A stretch of 64,000 nt of DNA from an uncultured Calditrichaceae bacterium (GCA_964455375.1 CAYVXE010000003.1:2522-66521); one strand, 5' to 3'. Positions 9,935-20,618 are shown, counted from the stretch's first letter. The notes: a model not told the origin generated them from the sequence alone. Numbers and translations are program-made.

Positions 9935-10071
9935 GCAAAAATCTCAAAATATTTCACGTTTACTATCGATCAAAATCGACGGTATTTCATTATAAATTAA
10001 CTCGAAGATAGTGATTTTTCCCTTGTTTGTCAAGCAAAAACTATTTGTGATAAATTAAGTTAAATTCATAA

Positions 10072-10941
10072 TCATAAATACTTTCGGACTGCAATATAAC
10101 TACCGGAAAACCCCAACAAAGCGCCTAAACTGACAAGAACGAAATACAAGCGCAAATCAACCGTGAAGAAACCGGGGATTTCCAAAGCGGCAACTTTTAA
10201 CAATCCATACAAAAAGAGCGTTGAAAAAAGCCCCCCAAACACACCTTGAATAATACCTTGGATATAGAGAGGAAATCGAATGAAACTTTTGGTTGCCCCC
10301 ACAAGTACCATGGTCTCAATAATTTTGGTTCTTGAGAAAATGATTAGTCGAATATTGTTTGAAACCAATAAAAGAGCGCTTAAACAGACGATGATGCCGA
10401 CGATAAAATCGACGGCGATGGCTGTTTTAATATACTTTTCCAACAACAAAACAAATTCTCTTCTAAAAACCACATCCTCGGGATGAATATCATCTAAAAC
10501 AGAGAGCTTATCATAGACGCTTTCAGCCCCGTCAACGGTACGAAACTCTTCCCTCAGTTTAATTTTAAATGATGCCGGCAGCGGGTTGTAGCCCAACGCC
10601 TGGAAATAATCATCCTCTTTATCTTTAAACAGCTTCCTGTATTCCATCAAAGCCATTTCTTTGGAAACAAATTGAATTTCCTTCACGCCTTCTATCTTTT
10701 TAATTTCGTTTGCAATCATTTGAATTGCATCTTCATCCAAAGAATCATCCAAGAATACTTCTAATTCTACCCGGTTGCGCAACGTTTCCACAACGCCGCC
10801 AAGATTCACCGTGATAATCAAAAATACTCCGATAAGGATAAGCGAGATGGCAACGGTTATCATGGCAACAAATCCGGCAAACCGTGATCGTTTTAAGCCA
10901 ACAAATCCTTCTTTTAAGACAAAGAAGAAACTATCGTTCAA
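10072..10941 (-). CDS. ftsX: Cell division permease FtsX
   Basis: 289 aa. N-terminal TM, periplasmic domain and three C-terminal TMs. Immediately downstream of ftsE with a 4-nt overlap. Confidence 0.85.
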   Translation of the reverse strand: MNDSFFFVLKEGFVGLKRSRFAGFVAMITVAISLILIGVFLIITVNLGGVVETLRNRVELEVFLDDSLDEDAIQMIANEIKKIEGVKEIQFVSKEMALMEYRKLFKDKEDDYFQALGYNPLPASFKIKLREEFRTVDGAESVYDKLSVLDDIHPEDVVFRREFVLLLEKYIKTAIAVDFIVGIIVCLSALLLVSNNIRLIIFSRTKIIETMVLVGATKSFIRFPLYIQGIIQGVFGGLFSTLFLYGLLKVAALEIPGFFTVDLRLYFVLVSLGALLGFSGSYIAVRKYL

Positions 10942-11588
10942 TTCAACGTCCTCCCTTTGTTTATGGAAACGACTCTTTTGTCTGCTTGATTAACCAACTC
11001 GTAATTGTGGGTTGCCATAAGAATAGCGGTTCCCCGAGCATTTACTTTTTCCAGAATATTCATGATTTCCACGGTTGTTTTCGGGTCCAAGTTTCCGGTT
11101 GGTTCATCGGCTAACAGAATGAGCGGGTCGTTTACAATCGCCCTGGCAATTGCCACCCGCTGCTGCTCTCCACCCGACAATTCAAACGGCATTTTACGAC
11201 TCTTGTGGCTTAAGCCAACTTCTGCCAGCGCTCTGAGGGTTCTCTTCTTAATGTTTTTTCTGCGGACACCCGTAACCTGCAAAGCAAACGCTACATTTTC
11301 AAAAATATCTCTATCTTCTAAAAGCTTGAAATCCTGAAAAATGATACCAAGTTTCCGGCGACAATACGGAATTTCTTTTTCCTTAATTTCCAGTGAATTA
11401 TAATTATTGACAATAACCTGGCCAACCTTGGGAAATTCTTCCATATAAACAAGCTTCAGAACCGTACTTTTACCTGCACCTGTTGGCCCCACTAAAAAGA
11501 CAAATTCCCCTCGTTTTACCTCAAGGTTTATCAACGTCAAGCCATCGCCATTGGGGTATTTCATTTTTACATTTTGAATTTTAACCAT
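10938..11588 (-). CDS. ftsE: Cell division ATP-binding protein FtsE
   Basis: 216 aa ABC ATPase. Walker A GPTGAGKST, signature LSGGEQQR, Walker B ILLADEPT. Confidence 0.9.
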   Translation of the reverse strand: MVKIQNVKMKYPNGDGLTLINLEVKRGEFVFLVGPTGAGKSTVLKLVYMEEFPKVGQVIVNNYNSLEIKEKEIPYCRRKLGIIFQDFKLLEDRDIFENVAFALQVTGVRRKNIKKRTLRALAEVGLSHKSRKMPFELSGGEQQRVAIARAIVNDPLILLADEPTGNLDPKTTVEIMNILEKVNARGTAILMATHNYELVNQADKRVVSINKGRTLN

Positions 11589-11627
11589 GTTTATTCCAAA
11601 TCATAAATCATTTTATGTGCCGATAAA

Positions 11628-12404
11628 TCAACGACATTTTCTTAAAACGAAATGCACCCTTTCAGAGTTTTCCGTACCCGCTTCAAAAGAAAATCCATCA
11701 TATTTTCCAACCAAAATAAATTTGTCAGACGGTATCATTTTAATAAATTCATCTAAGCTGTAGATTTTTTGTTTATGGATTTCCCGATAACTTTTCTGTG
11801 GCTTATTAAACCATTGAATCGTAAACTCATTTGATTGAATTTTTTTTATGGGATCGAAAACAGATTGACGAATATACCCATATTCTTTGGTTTGCTCATT
11901 ATCATAAAAATTTCTAAAATGTTTCATGGAATTTTTCTTTGTACAAACATCAAATATAAACAAACCATCACGCTTCAAAACCTCATTGACACATACAAAA
12001 ACCGCTTCACAGGATTGCACCGTTGTGCAATAATTAAAACTGTCATACGTACAGACAACCGCATCATACTGTCTTTTTGTGGAAAAACGCTGCATGGAGC
12101 CTTGCCAAACAGGAACGGGAAAACCGAGTTTATCTAACTTTATTGAAGCCTGCCTGACCATAGGAGCAGATTGATCAAACCCCGACAGACGGTAACCCAA
12201 TTGGGTCAATTTGATCGCCAGCGACCCGGTTCCACAAGAAATATCCAGAATATCCTGTACACTGCCTTGCACATAAACAAATAATTCTGCCAGGTGCACC
12301 GCCCAACGACCATAATCAACATGGCGCATAACAAAGTCGTAAATGAGTGCTAATTGTGAATACGGCTCAACATCTTCAGGTGTTCGTAACCATTTTGACA
12401 GCAA
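11628..12404 (-). CDS. Class I SAM-dependent methyltransferase
   Basis: 258 aa. Motif I LDISCGTGSLAIKL. Substrate unknown. Confidence 0.65.
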   Translation of the reverse strand: MLSKWLRTPEDVEPYSQLALIYDFVMRHVDYGRWAVHLAELFVYVQGSVQDILDISCGTGSLAIKLTQLGYRLSGFDQSAPMVRQASIKLDKLGFPVPVWQGSMQRFSTKRQYDAVVCTYDSFNYCTTVQSCEAVFVCVNEVLKRDGLFIFDVCTKKNSMKHFRNFYDNEQTKEYGYIRQSVFDPIKKIQSNEFTIQWFNKPQKSYREIHKQKIYSLDEFIKMIPSDKFILVGKYDGFSFEAGTENSERVHFVLRKCR

Positions 12405-13383
12405 CTTTAATCGCCTCCTTCATACTACCGGCGTCAGCCTTACCCGTGCCGGCAATATCGAATGCTGTTCCATGGTCAGGTGAGGTTCGAACCACAGGCA
12501 AGCCTGCAGTATAATTGACCGCCTGCCCAAAGGAACGCATTTTTAACGGAATTAACCCCTGATCGTGGTACATTGCAAAATATAAATCAAATGCATTTGG
12601 GGTTGCCGTTGAAAAGATTGTATCTGCCGGGTAGGGACCCCATACGTTCAGACCCTTTTTGTTTGCTGCGTCAATCGCTGGACGGATCACATCTATTTCT
12701 TCCATACCAAACAGACCATTTTCTCCGGCGTGCGGATTCAGCCCTAAAACTGCAATTTTTGGATTTTTACGTAACAAACGCTTTTTTAAATCCCTACTTA
12801 CGGTAACTAATTTGTTCAAAAGCATCTCTGTGTTAATTAGATGTGAGACGTCAGCTAATGCACAATGCGTCGTAGCCAGCCCGACTCGTAAATGTTCACT
12901 CATAAGAACCATAACGACGTCTTTAGCCGACAGCCGGTCGGCCAAAAATTCTGTGTGTCCGGGGAAACGAAAACCGGCCAGATTAAACGACTCTTTTGAA
13001 ATAGGCGCTGTCACCAGAGCTGCGGCAGCATTGCTGCGAACCAGTTCCACTGCATTTTCCAAAGCTTTGCCGGCAATGATTCCACCCGCTCTTGATATGA
13101 TTCCCGGGGTTATTTCATGCAAATCACCGACTTTGAAATCCATCACCCACAATGTTTTCTCGTTGATTGGCCTAGCCTTTAAAATATCCATTTGAGTCAG
13201 TTTTTGCAAAGAACAGTCGCCTCCGACGCTTTTTTTTGCTTTTTCCAAAACGGACACCGGCCCACAAACGACAAAATTCGCCAGTTTCTGAATGTCATGA
13301 TCCATAAAAGATTTCACGATTATCTCAGGGCCGACGCCACACGGGTCACCAAGACTAAAAGCAATGAGCGGTAATTCTTTCAT
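12376..13383 (-). CDS. pdxA: 4-hydroxythreonine-4-phosphate dehydrogenase PdxA
   Basis: 335 aa. LIAFSLGDPCGVGPEI N-terminus and GHTEFLA metal-binding motif. Confidence 0.9.
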   Translation of the reverse strand: MKELPLIAFSLGDPCGVGPEIIVKSFMDHDIQKLANFVVCGPVSVLEKAKKSVGGDCSLQKLTQMDILKARPINEKTLWVMDFKVGDLHEITPGIISRAGGIIAGKALENAVELVRSNAAAALVTAPISKESFNLAGFRFPGHTEFLADRLSAKDVVMVLMSEHLRVGLATTHCALADVSHLINTEMLLNKLVTVSRDLKKRLLRKNPKIAVLGLNPHAGENGLFGMEEIDVIRPAIDAANKKGLNVWGPYPADTIFSTATPNAFDLYFAMYHDQGLIPLKMRSFGQAVNYTAGLPVVRTSPDHGTAFDIAGTGKADAGSMKEAIKVAVKMVTNT

Positions 13384-14222
13384 CCGGATTGTTCCGGTTT
13401 TTTAACCATAATAAACGATCGCACGCCTTCTTTCACAAGCAAGCAAAGTACCGTATTTAATTTCAGCAGGGAACAGCACTTATAAATACCCAGGCTTACT
13501 TTGTCCAAAAGTTTTTTATTCACAGTATGCAGTTGTTTACTCCTAATAAGGCGCCGGTTCAGTTGATCCACAATATGGAAAAACACCACTGGAATCCGTG
13601 TAGAATACTTCACCTCTTTTTCAAAGGTTCCTGCTCGCAAGACAATAAAACCGGCATTTTGTGCAAATTCACTCAATTCCTCGGGACGAAATGCCGTGTG
13701 AAAATATCTCCCGTTCTGAACACCGGAAATGCCGAAATCCGCCATCTCACCAACATCTATCCACGTGGGTTTCACTTTTTTATAATTGGGGGTCGTTAAA
13801 AGCATTTGCCCGCCGTTTTTCAAAACACGGTAACATTCCCTGAAAACCGCTACCGGGTCCGGAACATGTTCAAGCATTTCCGAACATAAGATTGAGTTGA
13901 TGGTAGATAATTTTAAAAATGAAATGTTTTGTGCATCCCCTTGAATGAAGAATTGATTTTTATTGCGTCTTTTTGCCATCTTCAATACAGCAAAGGATAA
14001 ATCGACGCCAACGGCAGGGCCATTTTTATAAGCGGATGTATAGTAGCCCCGGTTACAACCGAGATCTAAAAAACATCCGGCGGCTGTTTTTAACCAAGAG
14101 AGAATGAATTGGCGGCGAACAATACCCCGTAAAGAATGAAACACAAAATCCTCTTCAGGATAGTTCCTTCCCACGAGCTCATAAAAATCTTTGTAATTTT
14201 CCTTTTTAAATGCCGTTTCCAC
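13380..14222 (-). CDS. Class I SAM-dependent methyltransferase
   Basis: 280 aa. Motif I FLDLGCNRGYYT and motif post-I. Second methyltransferase flanking pdxA. Confidence 0.65.
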   Translation of the reverse strand: METAFKKENYKDFYELVGRNYPEEDFVFHSLRGIVRRQFILSWLKTAAGCFLDLGCNRGYYTSAYKNGPAVGVDLSFAVLKMAKRRNKNQFFIQGDAQNISFLKLSTINSILCSEMLEHVPDPVAVFRECYRVLKNGGQMLLTTPNYKKVKPTWIDVGEMADFGISGVQNGRYFHTAFRPEELSEFAQNAGFIVLRAGTFEKEVKYSTRIPVVFFHIVDQLNRRLIRSKQLHTVNKKLLDKVSLGIYKCCSLLKLNTVLCLLVKEGVRSFIMVKKPEQSG

Positions 14223-14301
14223 AAGATATCTAAAAGAATAATTCCATCCTCATTTTATTTCATTATAAGAAAGTTCTCAACGAGGATCAATAGTTGCTCA
14301 C

Positions 14302-14333
14302 AAAAAAGCCTCACAGAAAGAAATCTGTGAGGC
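14302..14333 (-). terminator. Rho-independent terminator downstream of TPR gene
   Basis: Minus-strand reading is GCCTCACAGA-tttcttt-TCTGTGAGGC followed by TTTTTT. Perfect 10-bp stem plus U-tract. Confidence 0.6.
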
Positions 14334-14361
14334 TTACCTATAAAAAATTCAAAGATACGCT

Positions 14362-15771
14362 CTATTTAACAATCACTAGCGCATCGACTTTACCCGCTTT
14401 CACGTAAACATTGAGAGGCTCTTTCACCGTAAGCTTTCCCTTTTTGCCGGGTTTAAATATCCACTCTTCAACGTCTTCAAACTGGTTAGATTCCAGGGGC
14501 TTCACATCATCCGGTGACCCGAGAATTGTTTTTAGTAAATCTCCCTGCATCCCAACAATCACTTTATCATCCAAAACACTTTTTACGGGCTCACCTTTTG
14601 CAAATGCATATCCGGCCAAAGAAATTTTATTCAATTGTCCGGCGATTCTTCCCAAAGTAAACCAGACATTTTCGTCATCCGGGTTCGCTTTTACCGATTT
14701 TTCCAGATAAGGAAGAGCAGATTTAAAATCCGCAAGATATGATTTGTCTTCAGAGTCTTCGGGTAATGCCTCGCGTTTGCCAACAGCACGGTTCAAAAAG
14801 GCCGCACCGAGATTATAGTTAAGGTCGGGTGAACTTGAATCCAGTCGACTCGCTTGTTGTAACTGCTCAATGGCTCCATCATAATCCTTTGCTTCAAGCA
14901 AGATCGTCCCATAATTATAGCGAAACTGAAAATTAGCCGGATTCAGCTCAATTGCATCTTTATATATAGCTTTTGCTTTGTCTATTTCACCTGCACGGAC
15001 ATAGGCACGTGAGAGGTTATCCGCAACCTCCTCGGTTTTTACATTACCCTGCCACAATTCTTCAAGAATGGGTATTGCAAGGCTGTCTGCTTTGCTTGCC
15101 ATATAAACCTGCGCAAGCATGGTTTTTACTTCATTATCATTTGGTTGGTACTGCAATGCTAACTTTAGAGGTTTTACACTGTCTGCATACCGTCCGAGAT
15201 TAAGCAAAGCCGCGGCCCAATTACGGTAAGCAAGTGTACTATCTGGCATAATCATGGCGGCAACCCGGAATGCTTCAACCGCACCTTCGTAGCTCTTGTT
15301 TCGGGATGAATCATCCGCGGCATTTACGGCACTATTAAAAAACTTAACACCTGAATTAAATGAATTTCCCCAGACGATTTTCAAAATGAGACTTGTACCA
15401 AATTTTGAAAGAAACTGGGTGCCCGAATCTTTGCTAATTTTGATGCCTTTGTCCTTAAACTTTGGTTTCAGTTCAACCGCTTTGTTGAACGCTTCGACCA
15501 TTTTATCATATTTCTTCTGGCGAGCATAGATGTAACCCAACAAATACCAGGCATCTTCGTTATTGGGGTTTACTTTTTCAATCTCTTTGTGTAACGCCTT
15601 TAACGCCTGTTGCAAATCGTTTTGCTGAATATAGAGCTTTGCGCCGCTGACATTCGGCCCCCCACCTTTAGCTAAAACGATGGAATCGTTCCAAAACAAC
15701 GTTCCCAATACTAAGCAAACCGTCAACAGACTTGACAACGATTGCCTGCCAATTAAACGAAACTTTCGCAT
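14362..15771 (-). CDS. Secreted tetratricopeptide-repeat protein
   Basis: ORF runs to 15843, but the signal peptide starts at the internal Met (MRKFRLIGRQSLSSLLTVCLVLGTLF...), so the start is trimmed to 15771. Multiple TPR-like helical repeats (AWYLLGYIY..., LAYRNWAAALLNLGRY...). Confidence 0.65.
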   Translation of the reverse strand: MRKFRLIGRQSLSSLLTVCLVLGTLFWNDSIVLAKGGGPNVSGAKLYIQQNDLQQALKALHKEIEKVNPNNEDAWYLLGYIYARQKKYDKMVEAFNKAVELKPKFKDKGIKISKDSGTQFLSKFGTSLILKIVWGNSFNSGVKFFNSAVNAADDSSRNKSYEGAVEAFRVAAMIMPDSTLAYRNWAAALLNLGRYADSVKPLKLALQYQPNDNEVKTMLAQVYMASKADSLAIPILEELWQGNVKTEEVADNLSRAYVRAGEIDKAKAIYKDAIELNPANFQFRYNYGTILLEAKDYDGAIEQLQQASRLDSSSPDLNYNLGAAFLNRAVGKREALPEDSEDKSYLADFKSALPYLEKSVKANPDDENVWFTLGRIAGQLNKISLAGYAFAKGEPVKSVLDDKVIVGMQGDLLKTILGSPDDVKPLESNQFEDVEEWIFKPGKKGKLTVKEPLNVYVKAGKVDALVIVK

Positions 15772-15944
15772 GTCTTTCCTCCTGGATTCATTTACTTTAA
15801 ATTTAAAATCAACAAACATAATAATTATCTTCCATGAAGTCAATAAAAAAACTTGCCTCAGAAAAAAAGTATTTTGGTATATTTTACTTCAAGGACGGTG
15901 AAATGGTTCAATTCCGCATCTTTTCAATAGACGCTTTGTTTCAA

Positions 15945-16958
15945 TTATTTGAGGGTTGGACGAAAATGATCAAAGCCCTGGGCCGCCAAAGGTGCTGCTC
16001 TTTCCCCGTCAATCAGCATGACTCCTTTATCCAGCGACGTTATTTTTCCAATATTCGAACATTGAAGATTGAACACTGTTTTCAATTCTCGAATAATAGA
16101 TGTGCTTTCTGACTTGGGAGCGGTAAATAACAGCTCAAAATCTTCACCGCCATAAAGAGCATAGCTCAGTGGTTTGGCTCCCTGCATCTCCGCAATGTTT
16201 CTCGCTGCCGCAGAAAGCGGAATTTTATCGGCGTAAAGCCGTGCCCCCACATCGCTGCTTTGACAAACATGTCCGATTTCCGAAGCCACACCGTCACTTA
16301 CATCGATCATCGCGTGAATATGAAAGTTTTCCACCAAATGCCGCGCTTCGCGCACGCGGGGTTGCGGGGTTCTATGCTGTTTCACGGCCTCAGGAAATTT
16401 TTCAAGCAAAGACGCCCGCTGTAATTTCAGAATCTCCAGACCGGCAATTGAATTGCCGGGGCTACCGGTGACTAAAACAGCATCTTCTTCCCGGGCGCCA
16501 GACCTTAAAACAAGACGCTCCCGTTCGACGCGTCCGTAAATGGTTAATGAAAAGAACAATCGATCCGGCGTGCGTGTGGTATCGCCGCCAATAATATCAA
16601 CACTAAACTGTTGGGCGATCCCCGACATGCCGCGGTAAAAGTCATCCACGGCGCCAACGGTAAGGTCATCGCGCAGAGCAACGGTCAACACAGCATATTC
16701 AGGTATGCCGCCCATTGCCGCGATATCGCTTAAGTTGGCCGCAAGCAGGCGCCAACCCACGTCGTGAAAAGACATATATTTTAGGTCGAAGTGAACACCT
16801 TCTACAAAAGCATCGGTGGTGAGCAGAGATAATTGTTCGTGTGCTTTAAAGACCGCGGCATCATCATTGATGCCGACCATGAGTTCTGAGGAATGGGATG
16901 CGAGCTTTTTTTTCAAACGACGAATGAGGCCAAACTCGCCCAGATCTTTTAGAATCAT
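15945..16958 (-). CDS. thiL: Thiamine-monophosphate kinase
   Basis: 337 aa. LGEFGLIRRL start and the DDAAV and GGDTT motifs of the AIR-synthase-related/PurM-like fold typical of ThiL. Confidence 0.85.
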   Translation of the reverse strand: MILKDLGEFGLIRRLKKKLASHSSELMVGINDDAAVFKAHEQLSLLTTDAFVEGVHFDLKYMSFHDVGWRLLAANLSDIAAMGGIPEYAVLTVALRDDLTVGAVDDFYRGMSGIAQQFSVDIIGGDTTRTPDRLFFSLTIYGRVERERLVLRSGAREEDAVLVTGSPGNSIAGLEILKLQRASLLEKFPEAVKQHRTPQPRVREARHLVENFHIHAMIDVSDGVASEIGHVCQSSDVGARLYADKIPLSAAARNIAEMQGAKPLSYALYGGEDFELLFTAPKSESTSIIRELKTVFNLQCSNIGKITSLDKGVMLIDGERAAPLAAQGFDHFRPTLK

Positions 16959-16965
16959 TTGTCTG

Positions 16966-17358
16966 TCACGAAAGGGTCACTAAAACGCGGCGGGTTCGCG
17001 GACCGTCGAATTCACAAAAGTAAATCGACTGCCAGGTGCCAAGCAGCAAATTGCCATTTTGAACAAAAACAGCCGCAGAAGAACCCATTAAACTGGCTTT
17101 AATATGTGCGGCTGAATTGCCTTCCGCATGCCGGTAGCCGTCATCAAAAGGTACGATTTTATTAAGTTCCATGATCATATCGCGCCACACATCGGGGTCG
17201 GCACCTTCATTGATGGTTACGCCAGCCGTTGTATGCGGAATATAAATATGACAAACACCATTTTTAAAATCATTTTCGGAAATGATTTTCTGAACATGAC
17301 TGGTGATTTTTGCAAACTCCACCTGTCGCTCGGTACGAATTGAAAATTCCTTTAGCAC
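16966..17358 (-). CDS. YjbQ/UPF0047 family protein (secondary thiamine-phosphate synthase-like)
   Basis: 130 aa. CHIYIPHTTAGVTINEGADPDV and the C-terminal block match the YjbQ family. Adjacent to thiL. Confidence 0.75.
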   Translation of the reverse strand: MLKEFSIRTERQVEFAKITSHVQKIISENDFKNGVCHIYIPHTTAGVTINEGADPDVWRDMIMELNKIVPFDDGYRHAEGNSAAHIKASLMGSSAAVFVQNGNLLLGTWQSIYFCEFDGPRTRRVLVTLS

Positions 17359-17471
17359 CCCGTTTCTCCATTAAAAAAACAACGTTTTTACTTTCTGAAC
17401 AAAATAGAAGAAATGCCGCATAAAAGTCAAGAAGAAATGGATTTTATAAAACTTCAATCATACCGCACAAA

Positions 17472-18755
17472 TTAGGTTTTACGTTTCTTCTTTTTTGCAG
17501 CGGGAAATAGAATATTGTTCAAAATCAAGCGGTAGCCGGGTGAGTTTTTATGCAGCGATAGTTGCGTTGGCGGGTCATACACGTAGTGCTGATAATCTTC
17601 AGGGTCGTGACCACCGTAAAACGTAAACGTTCCGCGACCTAGATTGCCGTGAAGGTATTTTACTTCCTCGGTTCCTTCCATTTCCGCTAAAATAGTGACA
17701 GATTTCTTGATTAAACTCTTTTTAAATCCCGTGGTTTGTCCCATAAATCCTTTGATAACAGACACATGGTTTTGTGTTAACATCGTGGGCACCGGATCGT
17801 ATTTTGCCGAAAATTCAAACAACGTGAAGAAATCTGCATCGGCACTACGAATACGGGGCATGTTACTTGGCGGGAAATCGATATCCGAATGTTCATAAAC
17901 CAACGGGTTAAACTCCGGGGTAAAATTCTCAAAGGCAAGGGTTTTCGAATAGTCCAACATTGCCAGTGCATTCGAAGCCACCGGATCGCCATCAAAAACA
18001 GCCGGGACAATATCGGTCTTTTCTGCCGCAAAAGCTAAATCAATCGTATCTGTTGCAGAACACATAGCAAACAGAAATCCGCCACCCGCCACATAATTTT
18101 TAATGGCCCGGGCAACGGCCTTTTTTTCTTCCGACACTTTTGAGTAACCGGTTTTTTTCGCCATAGCTTCATTTTTCACGACCTCCTCAATATACCAGGA
18201 AGCATTTCGAAAATTCGCATAAAACTTTCCATACTGACCCGTAAAATCTTCATGGTGCAGATGCAGCCAGTCGTACTTTTTTAAATCTCCATCTAAGACA
18301 CCTTCATCCCAAACAGTTTTGTACGGGACTTCTGCATAGGTTAAAGCCAGAGTAACGGCATCATCCCAAACCTGTTTGTTGGGTGGCGTATAAATGACGA
18401 TCCTGGGAGCTTTCTCCAATAATACAACATCCATGTTTTGCTGCTCGATTTCAGCATAAATTTGTGCGGCCTGTGCGCCAGAGATGTTTGAAAAAGCAAC
18501 TCCCCGCAAACGCAGCTCCCGCTCAACCGCCGGATAATAGTCCATCATAAAAGAGCCGCCGCGATAATTCAGCAACCATTCTACGGGAATGGCACGCTGA
18601 AGAGCCCAAAACGCCACACCGTACGCTTTTAAGTGATCGGTCTGTTTTAAATCCATGTTGATAAGGATTTTTTGGGCAAAAACAGTCGTTACATTGTACC
18701 CGCAAAATAAAATTAACAAACCGAAAAAAAGCGAACGAAGTTTTTTTGCTTTCAT
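17472..18755 (-). CDS. Secreted hypothetical protein with class-I glutamine-amidotransferase-like (ThuA/DUF4159-like) core
   Basis: 427 aa with signal peptide. Motif LHLHHEDFTG...YVAGGGFLFAMCSATD parallels LFMTGHGKISFS...YLLAGGFLYADDDYG of the 24002-24679 protein, so the two are paralog-like. Confidence 0.45.
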   Translation of the reverse strand: MKAKKLRSLFFGLLILFCGYNVTTVFAQKILINMDLKQTDHLKAYGVAFWALQRAIPVEWLLNYRGGSFMMDYYPAVERELRLRGVAFSNISGAQAAQIYAEIEQQNMDVVLLEKAPRIVIYTPPNKQVWDDAVTLALTYAEVPYKTVWDEGVLDGDLKKYDWLHLHHEDFTGQYGKFYANFRNASWYIEEVVKNEAMAKKTGYSKVSEEKKAVARAIKNYVAGGGFLFAMCSATDTIDLAFAAEKTDIVPAVFDGDPVASNALAMLDYSKTLAFENFTPEFNPLVYEHSDIDFPPSNMPRIRSADADFFTLFEFSAKYDPVPTMLTQNHVSVIKGFMGQTTGFKKSLIKKSVTILAEMEGTEEVKYLHGNLGRGTFTFYGGHDPEDYQHYVYDPPTQLSLHKNSPGYRLILNNILFPAAKKKKRKT

Positions 18756-18767
18756 ATCGCGCGGAGC

Positions 18768-20600
18768 CTAATTGTTTAATGTTCTTTTTTCCAAACGTCT
18801 GAGACGGTAGCGGACGTCTTCTGTATAAATCGAAGAGGGATAATTGATCAGCACTTTTTCAAATGCTGACGCTGCCTGTGGAAAATTGGCAAGCCCATCC
18901 TCATATACCTCGCCGATACGTTTTTGGGCAAATGCATTGTAGACGCTTTCCGGGTGCTTTTCCAGCAACGTTTTTAGATAGACAATCGATTTGCCGAACT
19001 GTTTTTCATTATATTCCAGCTCAGCTAATTCGATGAGTGTTTTTTCTTCGAGATTGGAGTTTGGGTGTTTTTCAAGAATTGACTGAAAAGCTGCCATGGC
19101 TTTCCGCGGGTTCCTCCGGTACAAAAATCGCCGGGCTTCACTAAACAACTCCAAAGCCTGGTTATCTTTTTTTATATTATCTTCAATGAAAAACATCAAC
19201 TCGAGCGCGTCATTGGCGAAGGTTTGATCTTGCTTTGTGTTTGTAAGATTGCCTGTAACCTTTTTCAAATAGGAAAGCGACTCATCATAATTACCCTTCA
19301 GGAAATCCGCATAGGCTTTTTTATAGTTCACCCGCTCTTCCAACCCGGCATTGGCATTGTTTTGAATAATCGCCCGCCCATACCACGCTTTTGCCTTTTC
19401 CATATCTCCAAGAACAACGTAACAATCACCAATACGAAAGTAGACATCTATGCTGTTCCTCCCATGGGGGTAGTCCTGAATAAACCGATGATAAGCAGTC
19501 AAAGCCCTGGGTATATCAAACAAATCAATCTGGAAAATGATCCCTATTTGGTAAGCCGCGTCTTCTGCCCACGGTGATTTCTGATTCGTTGCTATGAGCG
19601 ACTCATAACTGTTTAACGCGTCCCGGGTGAAACCTTGCTTTTGTTTTGACAAAGCGAACCCATAGAGTGCACGCAAACGATAAGGAGAGTGTCTGTATTT
19701 TTCCAAAATGAGATTAAAGCCTTTCTCTGCATACCGGTAATCTTCGGACTGTAGCGCCTTTTCTGCAAAAAAATAAATTTCTTTCCCATTTGTGCCGTTT
19801 TGCGACTTAAGATAGTCTTTGTTCGTTTCAAGCTGTTTAAATTTTTCAAATGCAAGATCGAAGTCCCGATTCCGCAAATACAAATCCGCAAGCAGCTTGT
19901 CGATTAAATAGGGTTGACGCGCTTTTTCCCGTTTCGATTTCAAGATTGCCGCAACTTTACGGGCTTGTTCTGCATCCTTTGTATAGGCAGCAATGCGCCC
20001 TTCGATGTAGTTAAATTGAGCAGGCGACGTTTCCAAATAATTAAGGTACTCATCGGTGGCATCATTATATTTTAACCTTGCAATGTACATATTCGCCAGT
20101 TCGAAAACAAACGCATTGGGCTGCTGCAAATTTATCCGTGCTTTTTTGTACAAGTTGATGGCTTCATCATACAAACGATTGCTTACCATGGCGCTGGCCA
20201 CATAGGTGTAGGTCGATTTTTTTTGCGGATATTCATCTACAACCTCATTCCAGACCGCCTTTGCTTTTTCATGTTCCCCTTGTTTGTAATACACATTGCC
20301 CAAGTCGGCATGATACTTTGCATCGTTTGTGCGGGCTATTTGAGCATTAATTGTTTCGATGAGCCGTTCATAGCGTTTCAGGCGCAACATGTTCCGCTTA
20401 ACGCCTTCATAATACAACTGGTTGCGTGGAACCTGGTTGAACAACCCGAGAAAAATCCGCAATGACAATTCGTAATTTCCGCGTCGCTCATAATCCTGAG
20501 CCAGTTTGATACGGCTTTTGTCTATTCGGGACTGAGCCCACATACCATTGACGGAAAACAACAAGAGCAGCGCCAAAATGCCGGCAATTTTTTTGTGCAT
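18768..20600 (-). CDS. Secreted TPR-repeat protein
   Basis: 610 aa. Signal peptide followed by about 12 TPR-like repeats (W/LG/Y spacing, AxxxY...). Confidence 0.7.
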   Translation of the reverse strand: MHKKIAGILALLLLFSVNGMWAQSRIDKSRIKLAQDYERRGNYELSLRIFLGLFNQVPRNQLYYEGVKRNMLRLKRYERLIETINAQIARTNDAKYHADLGNVYYKQGEHEKAKAVWNEVVDEYPQKKSTYTYVASAMVSNRLYDEAINLYKKARINLQQPNAFVFELANMYIARLKYNDATDEYLNYLETSPAQFNYIEGRIAAYTKDAEQARKVAAILKSKREKARQPYLIDKLLADLYLRNRDFDLAFEKFKQLETNKDYLKSQNGTNGKEIYFFAEKALQSEDYRYAEKGFNLILEKYRHSPYRLRALYGFALSKQKQGFTRDALNSYESLIATNQKSPWAEDAAYQIGIIFQIDLFDIPRALTAYHRFIQDYPHGRNSIDVYFRIGDCYVVLGDMEKAKAWYGRAIIQNNANAGLEERVNYKKAYADFLKGNYDESLSYLKKVTGNLTNTKQDQTFANDALELMFFIEDNIKKDNQALELFSEARRFLYRRNPRKAMAAFQSILEKHPNSNLEEKTLIELAELEYNEKQFGKSIVYLKTLLEKHPESVYNAFAQKRIGEVYEDGLANFPQAASAFEKVLINYPSSIYTEDVRYRLRRLEKRTLNN

Positions 20601-20618
20601 ATTTCAACTCATATTATG

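Noticed and set aside
9935-10071. Search for CIRCE (TTAGCACTC-N9-GAGTGCTAA) upstream of hrcA
   Set aside because: No GCACT/AGTGC half-sites are present, so no CIRCE feature is reported. The negative result is recorded as a finding.
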